Assembly (NCBI RefSeq): GCF_006345805.1
Contig: NC_043006.1
Location: forward strand, 102,920,001-102,984,000
DNA from: Octopus sinensis
Taxonomy: Eukaryota
Reading direction: 5' to 3'
DNA: 64,000 bases
Under the pieces are notes generated by a model that saw nothing but the letters and a program-made list of their open reading frames with translations, had not been told where the DNA came from and made no database searches. The position numbers and the translations under genes were made by a program. This document shows, one piece after another, positions 37,045-49,429 of this stretch (positions are counted from its first letter, which is position 1; the number at the start of each line of letters is the position of its first letter).

Positions 37045-37475
37045 GGCGCAGGAGTGGCTGTGTGGTAGTAGCTTGCTAACCAACCACATGGTTCCGGGTT
37101 CAGTCCCACTGCGTGGCATCTTGGGCAAGTGTCTTCTGCTATAGCCCCGGGTCGACCAATGCCTTGTGAGTGGATTTGGTAGACAAGAAACTGAAAGAAG
37201 CCCGTCGTATATATGTATGTATATATGTATATGTATGTGTGTGTATGTGTGTGTATGTGTTTGTGTGTCTGTGTTTGTCCCCCTAGCATTGCTTGACAAC
37301 AGATGTTGGTGTGTTTACGTCCCCGTCACTTAGCGGTTCGGCAAAAGAGACAGATAGAATAAGTACTGGGCTTACAAAGAATAAGTCCCGGGGTCGATTT
37401 GCTCGACTAAAAAAAGGCGGTGCTCCAGCATTGCCGCAGTCAAATGACTGAAACAAGTAAAAAAAAAGAAAAAAG
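37045..37475 (+). mobile_element. Full-length SINE family A (well conserved)
   Basis: GGCGCAGGAGTGGCTGTGTGGT...CAAATGACTGAAACAAGTAAAA. Confidence 0.92.
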
Positions 37476-38268
37476 AAGGAGAGTACACGTCCACATATAA
37501 TATTTAGATATTGGTCTTCCATGCAGTTTCTGTCTACCAAATCCTCTCACAAGATTTTGTCGGCTCCAGAATGGTGCTTTATTCATCGTCCCGGAAAAGA
37601 TGAAAGGCAAGTTAACCTCGGCTGGATTTACAGGGGCTCAATCCACAAGATAAAGAAAGGCTATCAAGTTGAGCGGGTATAGAGGCAATTATGCAGCAAA
37701 TTAGACACATCAAATATATTAAATATACTAGTTTGTGTAGGAAATACAAAATATGTATATATGTATAAATGCAAAAGGTAGAGACTTTCAAATGATGCAT
37801 TATTTTAGTGTAAGTGCAGAGTTCAGAGATTGAACTTTTCTGCATTCAGATCTGAACTGTAAGATCTACCTTGATGACGGAGGCTGGTCTTATCCAATGT
37901 CAGTTGCATCCATACGGCCGCATATTGTGATGAACTATATCTACCAGCATTATTTTGGATCACGGAGCCCCACAAACAACTGTTGGAATTATAACATCTT
38001 TCTTACCCTCCTTTAATTTTCCCTGTCGTTCGTACTCTGCGTAAGTTGGACCTATTAATGCAAATATCTATATATTTCTACTTAAAAAAATCATCATCTG
38101 AATGTCCTCACCTTTCGGTTTCTCGCGTTTTACATGTATACATATTTTGTATCTCATGCACAAATTAAAATATTTAATATAGTTGAGGTGTCTAATTTGT
38201 CTATCCGCGCATTTTCCCCCGCCTGCCTCTGTCTGTCTGTCTGTCTACCTTTATATATCTCTCTCTCA

Positions 38269-38322
<54 letters not shown>

Positions 38323-38384
38323 AGATTCAGTTGAATTGGGTACTTAAAGAGAGGCCCATTATTAGGTCGATCTAATTTGCACAT

Positions 38385-38490
38385 CATCAGGTGAATATCA
38401 AACTCTGTGCAGAAGTGTTTCCACTTGATATTCTTGCAGTCTTTGCAGACAACACGACCCAGCTTAGTGAAGAAATCTTGGTTGTTCAAG
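38385..38490 (-). pseudogene. Possible mariner transposase relic
   Basis: Minus frame LQRLQEYQVETLLHRV*YSPD resembles LQKL-EL--E-LPHPPYSPD. Confidence 0.35.
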
Positions 38491-38924
38491 TATGTACTTT
38501 ATACAAAAAATACTTTCTCTAATATTTCCGAAGTACATATTCCACGGTAGGGGAATAAAATATAAATGAATAACAAAGATGCAAAGGTGTCTTCTTACTC
38601 ATTTATGTATATATGTATGTGTGTGTGTGTGTGTGTGAAGGGACAATCAATACCTCTTAGTAATGTGCTATGGCTATCAATGTTTACAAGGAAAATTTTG
38701 ATACTGACATCAATGTTTCTGCTTAGCAGTCATTATCAAACAATCTAACGCTATCTAGTCACCTTCATCCTGTCTTTGAAATACATATATAAATACGCAT
38801 ACACATGTATGTATATATGTGTATAAAGTTAATCCAAACATGAAAACACAAAGAGAAAACCCAACAACGTGAGGACGTGGAACAAGTATAATGTTATTGG
38901 ACGCTCAGGAAACGAAAGAAAGGA

Positions 38925-38962
38925 GGATTTAACGTCTCGAGCCGAGCTCTTCGTCAGAACAT
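38925..38962 (-). ncRNA. Decayed minimal hammerhead motif within a ~200-bp element (38833-39035)
   Basis: CTGACGA-A-GAGC-TCG-GCTC-GAGA(for GAAA)-CGTT; stem I weak. Confidence 0.45.
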
Positions 38963-39082
38963 AGGAAAAGGAAAGAGCCAAAGAAGGGAAGACGGAGAAA
39001 AAAAATCGCCAACGGTACACACGCGGTCACATTTTGTGTGTATATATATATATATGCGTGTGTGTGTGTGTGTGTGTGTATA

Positions 39083-39300
39083 TCTCTTATATAAAATCCG
39101 TTCTGTCTGTCCGTGTGTCTGTGTGTGGCTTCTAGGATCTCGGGCATCCTCCATCCGATTGCACTCAAATTTGATATGTAGATAGCGATGGCATCAAGGC
39201 GTGTATAAGTTTTGAAAAAATTACAAAAATCAATTTCAGGTGAGAATGCGCTCGATAAAGCAGTGGGGTAATCGTTTTTCTTTGGAATAGGAAAAAAAGT
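39083..39300 (+). mobile_element. Helitron-like non-autonomous element 5' portion
   Basis: A|TCTCTTATATAAAATCCGTTCTGTCTGTCCGTG start, typical of HINE/DINE-1-like elements; no 3' CTAG hairpin located. Confidence 0.5.
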
Positions 39301-39721
39301 CTATCTTTATTTCTTCTTTTGCTGGTGTCTCAAATTTAGGTTAAATCAGTGTTTCTCAAAGGGGAGGCCTATGGGACGGTCGGACAAGTTGCTTTGAGAA
39401 AATTTGGTTTAAATTTTGGACAACTCAGCATCGTCCATTGGACGGGGGGTGGTGTTTGCTCGTCTTTCCCTATTTCTTTCTCTTTTCTCTTTTTTCTTTT
39501 TCTTCTTCTTATTCTCTTTTTCCTTTTCTCTTCTTTTAGTCCCCTTCCCCCCCTTTTTGCTCCCTCCTCCTTTATTTTCTCTCTTTTCTTTTATTCCCTT
39601 CCCTTTTCTATTCTTTGCCTCTCTAGAAAGCCCTTCAAACTTTAAAGTTAAATAGCTACAGCCTCTTGTAAATAGCAGTAATGTGATTAATGTGGCAAAT
39701 ACCTAATCATATAACAAGTGA

Positions 39722-39953
39722 TACCTACCTCATTGTGTTCAACCATTGATAAATTTATCGCCTGTGAATATGAAATTCCTCTTCATTTCTCTGGAAATTT
39801 ACTCTACACCACTGGAAAGTGCATCTATAAAAGGATTAATTCACCCTCTCTGTAATGCTATAAGCAGGAATTGAGGACCCACCTCGTTGTGATTAACAAT
39901 GGATAAATTTGTCTTCTGTGAGTATGTAATCCCTCATCATATCTCTGGAAATT
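39722..39953. repeat. Diverged direct repeat, ~155-bp period
   Basis: ACCTACCTCATTGTG...TCTCTGGAAATT (39722-39799) vs ACCCACCTCGTTGTG...TCTCTGGAAATT (39877-39953). Confidence 0.75.
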
Positions 39954-40142
39954 CATATGTGCACTATGGATTAGATCACTTCTCTGTGATGCTATTAAAA
40001 CTTTTTTAAAATTCTGTGATAAGACTGACATCATCTTTAAAGAACTTTAATGAACTTGGAAATCTGTTTATGTTACTTAATTATCTACATTACTTCATGA
40101 GTATAGCCTCAACCACTAGGATGTCTAGAGAACTCACATGTA

Positions 40143-40232
40143 TTTTAGCTGATGAGTACGGGACACGTTTATATGCTGTAATTTTTGCAACTTTAATAAA
40201 GCCTGTCCTTGTATGAAACGTTTGTACTAAAA
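40143..40232 (+). ncRNA. Type I hammerhead ribozyme with long stem II (same family as 46760-46846)
   Basis: Stem I TTTTAG/CTAAAA; CTGATGA; stem II GTAC-GGGACA / TGTCCT-T-GTAT; GAAAC-GTTT-GTA. Confidence 0.72.
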
Positions 40233-40779
40233 ACCTATCCATTCTTGTTGCTTCTTTCTCGCTTATAATCACCCCACATCACTGTATTGTTAAAACAGTA
40301 TAGTTTTTTTGGTGCATCTAAGTTAGGTACCATATTCAAGTAAATTCATTTAAATTAACTTGAATCTTTATTGCTTTTTGTATATATATATATATATATA
40401 TATATTAACATACATAAAATATGCATGTGTGCGTGTGTGTGTGTGTGCGTGCGTGTGTGTGTGTGTGTGTATAAATTATTTGTGTCCTAATTGTAGTTAT
40501 CCCTAAATGGAAAACAAAATATCAACGTCAAATGAGTTTAGCTGTAAAGGAAAACGTCAAAGAACACTGAAGAAATTACGATGAAATTTCTCGGGTTATT
40601 TGTACATGCAAAGGGGAAGGTCTGACTGATATTTGTTTTCAAGCAAAGAAGAAATATGTAAATGTATTTCGATTAGATGAGGTCAAAAAAGAAACATGTC
40701 CATATCTTTCTCTTGCGCGTTTAGACTATTGTTTCACTTAATGCGGAAAATATCTTGTAACATATCTTTGATTTTATGC

Positions 40780-40980
40780 TTGTTTCAAGTGTGGAAGTGC
40801 GGCGATTTTGGAGCACAGCATTGAAAGATTTTAGTCGAATGAATCGACTCCAGTATTTATGATTTAAAGCCTCATACTTATTCTACCGGGCTCTTGTGCC
40901 AAACAGCTAAATTACAAGGATGTAGACAACCAACCCATTGATCAAGTGATGATGGCGGAACGAACTCCAGCACACGCGCA
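40780..40980 (-). mobile_element. SINE family A 3' portion
   Basis: TTAGTCGAATGAATCGACTCCAGTA...GCCAAACAGCTAAATTAC. Confidence 0.6.
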
Positions 40981-40994
40981 TAGATATATGTATT

Positions 40995-41525
40995 CATGGT
41001 GGCTGCCCCCTCGTTATCGAGTATGGCCATTGCACGAAGCTTAATCAATGTTGTTATCGTGCAATGCCTGTGCAAGAAGATTATTTTTAAAGTGAGGAAA
41101 GGATGTGCACTGAGTCAATCCCACTCACTAAGCAACAGCAGCCATAATCCGAAAAGAAGAACAAGTCAACATCATCGTTAACCACTGAGCCGCGTGTTTT
41201 ATGTCGGAGTTATCCCAGTTACCTGAGTTACCTTCTCCTAGAAGGATGCCCTAACAAAGGCTGGGAGTCCTTCACTCTCAATGGTTTAGCCACGCGATTG
41301 GGTATTCAGTTCGATTATTTCTATGTCCCCGCGCAATATACAATCTTAAGACATTTATTGGAAGGCCGTTGACTCTCAAGAGTTCCTCCGCCCTTTGACG
41401 GGTTTTGTTTTACATCCCGCAGGGTGTCCAAATTAACACCCTCCTCACCAAGCAAGCTTGGTGGCGTTGCCGGTTTAGTCACAGACGACCCGACCATGCA
41501 ACAGGTTGTACTGGGTTACATGTTA
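40995..41525. mobile_element. Non-coding LINE-UTR-like fragments (RTE-type appearance)
   Basis: GC-richer stretch ending CCATAATCCGAAAAG plus an AAC-like tail, and a reverse-oriented GGTAACATGTAACCCAGTACAACC segment; recognition only. Confidence 0.35.
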
Positions 41526-41805
41526 CCAGTAGCACTCAAAAGTGACTTGACATATGTATTCATCGATACATAAGTACACCCGTATAAGATGAGTTTGTAG
41601 CAATACACCACCCGGACAGATACTGTGGTGGTTCTCAGTTGTGTTCCACCTTACGGTTGACCACTTCGACCAGTGTTTAACGTCTATGACTACTATTAGT
41701 TGTCCGTGACTGTAATTTCCTCCGATGGAGTCTTGCTCCATGAATTCTTAAAATTCATTTCCTATTTAACAATTTTATACAACATATTTTTATGCAATTT
41801 ATGAT

Positions 41806-42042
41806 CTACACGTGTTTCCTCTGCACTTATTATGGGCAGCTGCAGAGGCAACCTTACACGATTTTCGGTGCCGCCTCCTCAGGGTCTATCCATTTAGCTA
41901 CTTAGAAGTGAAATGGCTATTTCGAAGCGAATGTGTTCACTTCGAGCTAGCCAAATAGATAGACCCTGAAGAAGTTGCACCGAAAGTCGTGTCGGGTTGC
42001 ATCTGCAACTGCCCGTAATCAGTACAGTGGAAACACATGTAG
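41806..42042. repeat. Inverted repeat (~107-bp arms, 23-nt spacer) with a hammerhead-like motif in each arm
   Basis: Right arm CCTGAAGA-AGTTGCACC-GAAA-GTCGT-GTC-GGGT (41962-41998); left arm reverse complement CCTGAGGA-GGCGGCACC-GAAA-ATCGT-GTA-AGGT. Confidence 0.85.
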
Positions 42043-42159
42043 ACCACGAAGAGCATGAAAATATGCTGTATATAATGTAAAACAAGAGGAAATTAAGTTT
42101 GAGGATGAACATGTCTCCATGTCTCATATCGTTATAATTATTGCTAATATATATATATA

Positions 42160-42455
42160 CTTGGTAGACGGATTTGGTAGACGGAAACTGAAAGAAGCCT
42201 ATCGTATATATGTATATATATATATATGTATGTGTGTGTGTTTGTGTGTCTGTGTTTGTCCCCCCTAGCATTGCTTGACAACCGATGCTTGTGTGTTTAC
42301 GTCCCCGTCACTTAGCGGTTCGGCAAAAAGAGACCGATAGAATAAGTACTGGGCTTACAAAAAGAATAAGTCCCGGGGTTGAGTTGCTCGACTAAAGGCG
42401 GTGCTCCAGCATGGCCGCAGTCAAATGACTGAAACAAGTAAAAGAGTAAAAGAGT
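42160..42455 (+). mobile_element. SINE family A (5'-truncated, young)
   Basis: Near-identical to 37150-37460. Confidence 0.9.
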
Positions 42456-42806
42456 ATACTCCCATATATATATTTCACTTGTCGTCGTCTACTAAATCCA
42501 TTCACTAAGCTGTGGTCTGACTGGGGTTGTAGTAGAAGGTACTTGTTCAAGGTGCCGCTCAGTAGGACTGAAACCGAAACCATATAGTTACCCTACAAGC
42601 TTTTTTTTAGGAAAACGAAAGCCTGCGCTCTAAATACATACATACAAACACACATATAAACACACACACAATCTTGAAATTATCTCCCCTTCACCTTCAG
42701 AGTTGCTAAGAATTACTACTAGTTTTTATGTTTTATTTGTTATGTATTCTGTCTTCTCACTAAAAGGAAAATTCAAATAGTTTACGAATTGCTGTATACG
42801 GCTTTC

Positions 42807-42857
<51 letters not shown>

Positions 42858-43528
42858 AAGAGAGAGAAAGAAAGACAGGAAAAAGGAAGTAATGTGAGCA
42901 AATTTTCACTCGTCCGGAAACGTAGACACAATTACAGACGCAAACATACAAACATATACGTAGTTTAACATATATGTGTATGTGTGTATAAATTTACATA
43001 TATTCATGTATATGTGTGTGTGTGTGTATAAATTTACATATATTCATGTATATGTGTGTGTGTGTGTGCGTGCGCGCACGCGTGTGTATAAATGTATGTG
43101 TGTACGTATGCATACAAACTCTCTCTCTCTCTCTCACACACACACGTATATATGTGTATGTATACTGGTGCTTGTATATATGTATATCTATGTTTACATA
43201 TACCTACATACAAACATACATACATACATACATATATAAACATATACACATACAGATATAAATATATATACATATATAAATACATACATTTATATATATA
43301 CATATATGTATATGTGTATATATATACATATGCGTGTGTGTTTGCCTCTGTGTGTGTGTGTTTGTGTATTTACATACATATATAAAAGCATACACATACA
43401 CACACGTATATATGTGTATGTATACTTGTGCATGTAAATATATATATCTATGTTTATATATATACACATATACAGATATAAATATATATACATATATAAA
43501 TACATATATTTATAAATATATGTGTGTG

Positions 43529-43561
<33 letters not shown>

Positions 43562-43775
43562 AATACACACACATATACACATATGCATATGCGTTTGTGT
43601 GTGAAAGTAGGTGGAACCGCGTACGTATATATACGTACACTCATATACGCGCGCGCACACACACACACGTACATCACTTATAATTATGTACGCGTATACA
43701 TGTGGTGCCTGTTGAGGGTCTGAACCGAATGCCAGCAATACATTTTCACGTAGCACACACCACTCACACATGCAG

Positions 43776-43817
<42 letters not shown>

Positions 43818-44142
43818 ACACACACACACAGAATCACACCGACAGACAGTTCACAGAAGCGTTTATTCGTACTGACAACCTGAACACCCATACATTAGCT
43901 TACACATTCTCAGTAAAGGGACAAACAAAATATTTTGTCGCCGCCGCCGGCTTGTATGTGATAAAAGTAATAATTTAATATAGCGGTTTTGGAAAAAGTA
44001 AGTCTATTTACCGTCGGATTTTGTAACAAAATAATTAGGTTAACAACTTTTGCTAGGATTCTTCTGACACGAATCGATATAGAGGCGTTTGTCTCGATAA
44101 ATAACATCGACAAATATTTAACCCTTGTTTTACTCCTATGTA

Positions 44143-44188
<46 letters not shown>

Positions 44189-44558
44189 AATGTACGTATG
44201 TATACATTTATGTATGCACGTGTATGTTTATTCAAATCAGTGTTTAGCTTTTGTGCATATATGTGTGTCTGTCTGTCTCTGCGTATGTTGTTAGTATGAT
44301 GTGGGCGTGTATTAATGTATGTGTGTAAATGTGCCTCTTTGTAAAATATACGTCAGGATGTATGTGGAAGCGTACGTGGATGTGTGAATGTATGTATCCA
44401 TTTACGTACACATTAGAGCATTTGAAAGCCTGCTTTATTTGTCTTTATGTCTAACACTAAGTTCATGTAGACACGCGGTGCGTGAATATGTGTATGTATG
44501 CACATAGATATTTGTAAAGTCAGAGATCAGTATACAAATAATATGTATGCATGTGTAT

Positions 44559-44620
<62 letters not shown>

Positions 44621-45289
44621 ATATATATGTATATTTATATTATAAAGTATGTATATCATATATCGTATCATATATATATATGTATATGTATGTATATATG
44701 TATGTACATATATATGTATATTTATATATATAAAGTATGTATATCATATATCGTATCATATATATATGTATATGTATGTATGTATATATGTATGTGCGCA
44801 CATAATTATGTACGTATGCATGTATGTATATATCGCATAAGCATGTGCTTGCATACTTCTATGTATGCATATCTTTATATACAGATATGTATGTGACACT
44901 GTGTTTCATATGTATACGTGTGTGTTTGTGTGTGTATGTGTATGTGCGTGCATGTGTGTGTTAATATGTATACAATGTGCGGTATTTCGACGGTTGTGTT
45001 AGCTATACGAATTAAATACAAATCGTACATTTTTGTATATTTTTTGTATCTTAAATATTTCTGCTAGTTTTTACTTTCTTTATTATATAACATTCTATAT
45101 TCTATCTCCATACCATAAATATACGGTCGATGAAATATAGCTAAAAGGGTTTGTATGCTGGACTTTTCATTTTGTTAAATGAATTTGGAAAGCAAATAGA
45201 ATTTATCTTATTCGAAATGATGGCAACAACCATAGGAATAATAATGATAATGATGACGATAATACTTCCTACAATAGGTACAAGATTTG

Positions 45290-45430
45290 AATCTTTGGGA
45301 ATTCAAATGGTACTTATTTTATCGCCCCCGAAATGATGAAAGATAGAGTGAACCTCAGCGGTTTCTAAACTCGGATGAAATGGCGTGCTTACGATTCTGC
45401 CAGCTCATCACCTTGCTGCTGCTGATAATA

Positions 45431-45462
<32 letters not shown>

Positions 45463-45810
45463 AGTTGTGTCTGCTATTGGCACAAGACATGAAACTTTGT
45501 TGGGGTCAGTCGATACCATCGACCCCAGTGGTCGGATGGGCCTTATTTTATTGATGAAAAACAAAATCGACCTCGGCAGAATTTGAACTCAGTACGTACA
45601 GTGCCGGAAGATATTTCGCTAAGTATTTTGTCCGACGCTCTAACGATTCTGCCAGATCAACGCAACAATAACTACAAAAGCAATGAGATCTTGTTTCAAA
45701 TTAAACTCGAGGTTATTAATTTTAGGGCGTCGTTACATTTGATTTTATCGACTCTGAAAGGATGAAAGACAAAGTTGTCCCCGACGGGATTTGGATTCAA
45801 AATGAAAATA
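45290..45810 (-). mobile_element. Cluster of family B SINE fragments
   Basis: Three GGTACTTATTTTATC / GATGAAAG...AATTTGAACTC segments. Confidence 0.7.
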
Positions 45811-46169
45811 GTCGGATTTCTCACCCAACATTGTAATGAACAATTATGCAAATTACAATTCCAAGAAATGATGTCACCTTGACCTCGCAGTCTCTAATAT
45901 TGCTGAAGTTTATTATCGTTTAACCCAGTTTATTATCGGTTAACCCAGGACAACTCTTACCTAGTGACCGAGTGACCGAGCAAACCTATGATCAAAATCA
46001 TTCTATCTTTTCTCTCATTTTCTTTTCTTTGATACTCTCTTCTAAGATTGGAAGATGATATTTCTGCAGCTAATTTTAATTGGTCAAGTCATCATATTGA
46101 AGCCGCCCGTGTTGACTGGCTGGCGCAAACTCTACTGACATAATTTAGAAACCGCATATATCAGGGATT

Positions 46170-46492
46170 CTACTGTCGTTTGACGACGTATGAGGGTTCT
46201 GTAATTTCTTATTGAACAGCTCTACAGATGATTTGTTTATCGCGGTCCAATGTTTGTGTCCACATAAGCTCACTCTCTCCATCAAATCGACATTATTACC
46301 TAGACAAGTGCACGACGTCTTTGCACAACGTATTTGCATGGTGTGTCAGATGTCTGAAAACGAAATGACCGCAGAACAACGTGAAGAGAAGTGTTTTGCT
46401 CAAGAACACAATGCAACGGCCAATCTGGGAATCGAACTCACGAACTCGCAATCGCGAGTGCAATACTCTGAGCACTAAGACATGTACCTTCA
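46170..46492 (-). mobile_element. tRNA-derived SINE (TTGAGCAAAACAC central-domain type), near full length
   Basis: Reverse head ...CTTAGTGCTCAGAGTATTGCACTCGCGATTGCGAGTTCGTGAGTTCGATTCCC. Confidence 0.7.
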
Positions 46493-46759
46493 CTGCATAT
46501 GTATGTATGTATATTGTATATAATATATGTATGGATATATATGTATGTATGATATAATATGCATGTATATGATATATATGATATATATATATATAATATG
46601 TATATATATATATATATATATAATATATTATGTATATATAATATATATTATATATATATATATATTATATATATATATAATATATGTATCTATATTATTT
46701 ATATATTACATATATATATGTATATAACCAAGAAAAAAGACACAAGAATGGATTAGTAG

Positions 46760-46846
46760 TTTAGTACAATTGTTTCATACCAAACAATTTTAATTAAAGC
46801 TGCAAATATTGCAGCAAATACAAATGTCCAGTATTCATCAGCTAAA
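46760..46846 (-). ncRNA. Intact type I hammerhead ribozyme with palindromic loop III
   Basis: Stem I TTTAG/CTAAA; core CTGATGA; stem II ATAC/GTAT extended, with inner hairpin GCTGCAA-TAT-TTGCAGC; GAAAC-AATT-GTA (GUA cleavage triplet). Confidence 0.85.
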
Positions 46847-47059
46847 TCACATATATGTTTTCCAGACATCCTACAGAGTTTGATTATCTTCATGAAGTAT
46901 TAGGAGTGAGTTCTATGAAATTTAGTCAAATTATAAGCAGACTCAAATTGCTTTCTAATGATGCACAAACAATTCTGTTGCACTAAGTTAAGTACCATAT
47001 TCATTTGAATTCACTGAAATTCACTTGAATCTTAATTGTTTTTGCTGAGAATATATATG

Positions 47060-47109
<50 letters not shown>

Positions 47110-47391
47110 TAATATATATATATATATAGCAATTAAGGACAACTACTTAATAAGGAAAACTTAACAAGAAATTGTCAGGTAGATAGCGTGAAAACCTCAT
47201 AAGAGAATAAATTTCGAAAATAATTATTTCTTATTGAACATATTAATTTATATATAGAGGGCATTATACATACATGCAGAGGGCATTATACATACATGCC
47301 ACACGCTAAGAGGACAATTAGTCATTTCTACCAAAAATATTACTAATCCCACCGAATGCAATTTTTCAAAGTAAGACATTTAAAAAAATAT

Positions 47392-47437
47392 AGACTGTAT
47401 CACAGTGATTTCATAATTACGTATTCATCAGCAGGCC
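47392..47437 (-). ncRNA. Minimal type I hammerhead motif
   Basis: GGCCTG-CTGATGA-ATA-CGTAAT-TAT-GAAA-TCAC-T-GTGA-TA-CAGTCT; stems I (one mismatch), II and III can form. Confidence 0.6.
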
Positions 47438-47523
47438 TGAATGTATCATAAATAAACGACCCTGCCCCGCTTAAGCCGATCAGCTAACTGATCAATATAA
47501 TATATATGTGTATATATTATATA

Positions 47524-47614
<91 letters not shown>

Positions 47615-47619
47615 GTATG

Positions 47620-48039
47620 TAGTAAAGTGTATTTGCCAAAACAATGTGGCAGTCTTACACAGGACGATGTTACTATTTTAGCCTCAGAAAAACATCTTTG
47701 CCAGCTGGCTACCGACACATGGTCTTTGTCCGTATGCTGTGAGCGAGGAAGCTTTTTGCTCCCTTTCTAGCTTCAATGGTATATACTATAAGCAAGATCG
47801 AGTAGCTGCCATCTCTAACCGATAATTGTCCTGTACCGACGAAGGGAAATAACTCAAAAACCATTGGTCTATAGGTATCGCTGACGCTCGAAAATGAGCA
47901 ATAAACTCCCTTGCTCATGGTATACGGACGCTAACCATCTGGCGGTAACCAGCTGGAAGAGATGTTTTCCTGGGCCTAAAAAGTACTAACATCGTGCTGT
48001 GAAGGGCTGCCACATTGTTTTGGCAAATAGACTTCACTG
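47620..48039. mobile_element. ~420-bp MITE with ~100-bp diverged TIRs (Tc1-like CAGTG terminus)
   Basis: AGTAAAGTGTATTTGCCAAAACAATGTGGCAG... vs ...CTGCCACATTGTTTTGGCAAATAGACTTCACTG. Confidence 0.8.
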
Positions 48040-49429
48040 TCCGGTGCTGTTTCTGCCTATTTCTCGTTCAGGGATTTAAAACTCGTCGTTTGTGTCTTTA
48101 TATACAGAAAATATATAACAATTGCGAATTCAAAATTAAAATTTAAAGCTTATTAGCATAATACTATAGTATATTATATTGTTACGATAATACAACATAA
48201 TATAATAAATAATAAATATTAAATATTAAATATACATACGGATGTTTCGATTCTTGCCCATAATAAAATTTTCAAAATGCATTGTTTGTGGGCATGGATG
48301 TCCTCAGTGTAATATTTTATAGATGCGGATTCACAGATCCAAGGAAATACTGAATTTAAATATATTTGTTTACAAGCGTGAGCGTCAATAATTAAAAACA
48401 AAAACAAACATAAAAGAATAAATAAACTAATATAACGGTCGTAAAATATATTTGTATATTATTAAGTATTTTAATCTAAATATATTTTAGCGCATTAGAT
48501 TATTCAAATACCAAGAACAAAGTTTTAAAAGAAATTTAAAACATAAGAAATATCCCTTTCACTCTTTCATATTATTAAAAAGTGCATGTTATCATAATAG
48601 CAATACGATATTTATCTTTGGGTAAACAGCAAAATAATATATTTCAAATTCTATGTCATCCCTAGTCAAATAGCAGATAATATTATGAATTAAATTGCAT
48701 TAACCCACTAACTGCCAATTTTTTAAAATTCATATTTTCTGACTTTGCAAGGTGTCTTAAGAATTAAAATAATATATAATATTTAAATTTTCGTCATATG
48801 TGAATTATTTTGGAAATTATGATAAATTTTTCGAAAAGTCCCAAATGGGGATCGCTGAAAAAAAGCATATTTATCCTTCTCTATTCAATTGCAATAATAG
48901 ACATTTTAGTTTTTTTTTTTTGAAACTACAGTATTAAATGCGAATGTGGATGAGATATCAATGAATAATATAGATGGGAAAAGCAAAAACAAAAAAAAAT
49001 ACACTTTCAAAACAGTCAATATTTTTGTAGTAAAAAAATTGAGATTTATGTCAGGTTTTCTAGAATTAGCCAGAGCTAATAATGACAGACTTTAACTACT
49101 AAATATTGTTAAACACCCCTCTGCAAATGCAATATACATAAGCATAGATACAACGAACGACCGGCAGTGAGACTGCTTTTAGCAGATTCTCAAATGGGGC
49201 TCATGGCAGGCAACGGCGTAATTATTTATGATAATCATTACTAAAAATCAAAGATTAATAATTAAAAATTACGTAGTTTATGTAAAAAAGAAACTTTCCA
49301 AAAAATATCATAATAACATAATTGCCGTAGAAATTAAATAAACGCTGAATTAACCAGTTATCCAAAAAATTTATGGATTGTATCTAGAAAATCCTGGCTA
49401 AAAATTTAGCCCGGACCAGCAGTCGCACA

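Noticed and set aside
40567-40590. CTGAAGA...GAAA motif
   Set aside because: No stem I or stem II pairing and no NUH geometry.
48700-48730. TTAA-CCC piggyBac-like terminus
   Set aside because: No matching GGG-TTAA end found, so element boundaries cannot be supported.
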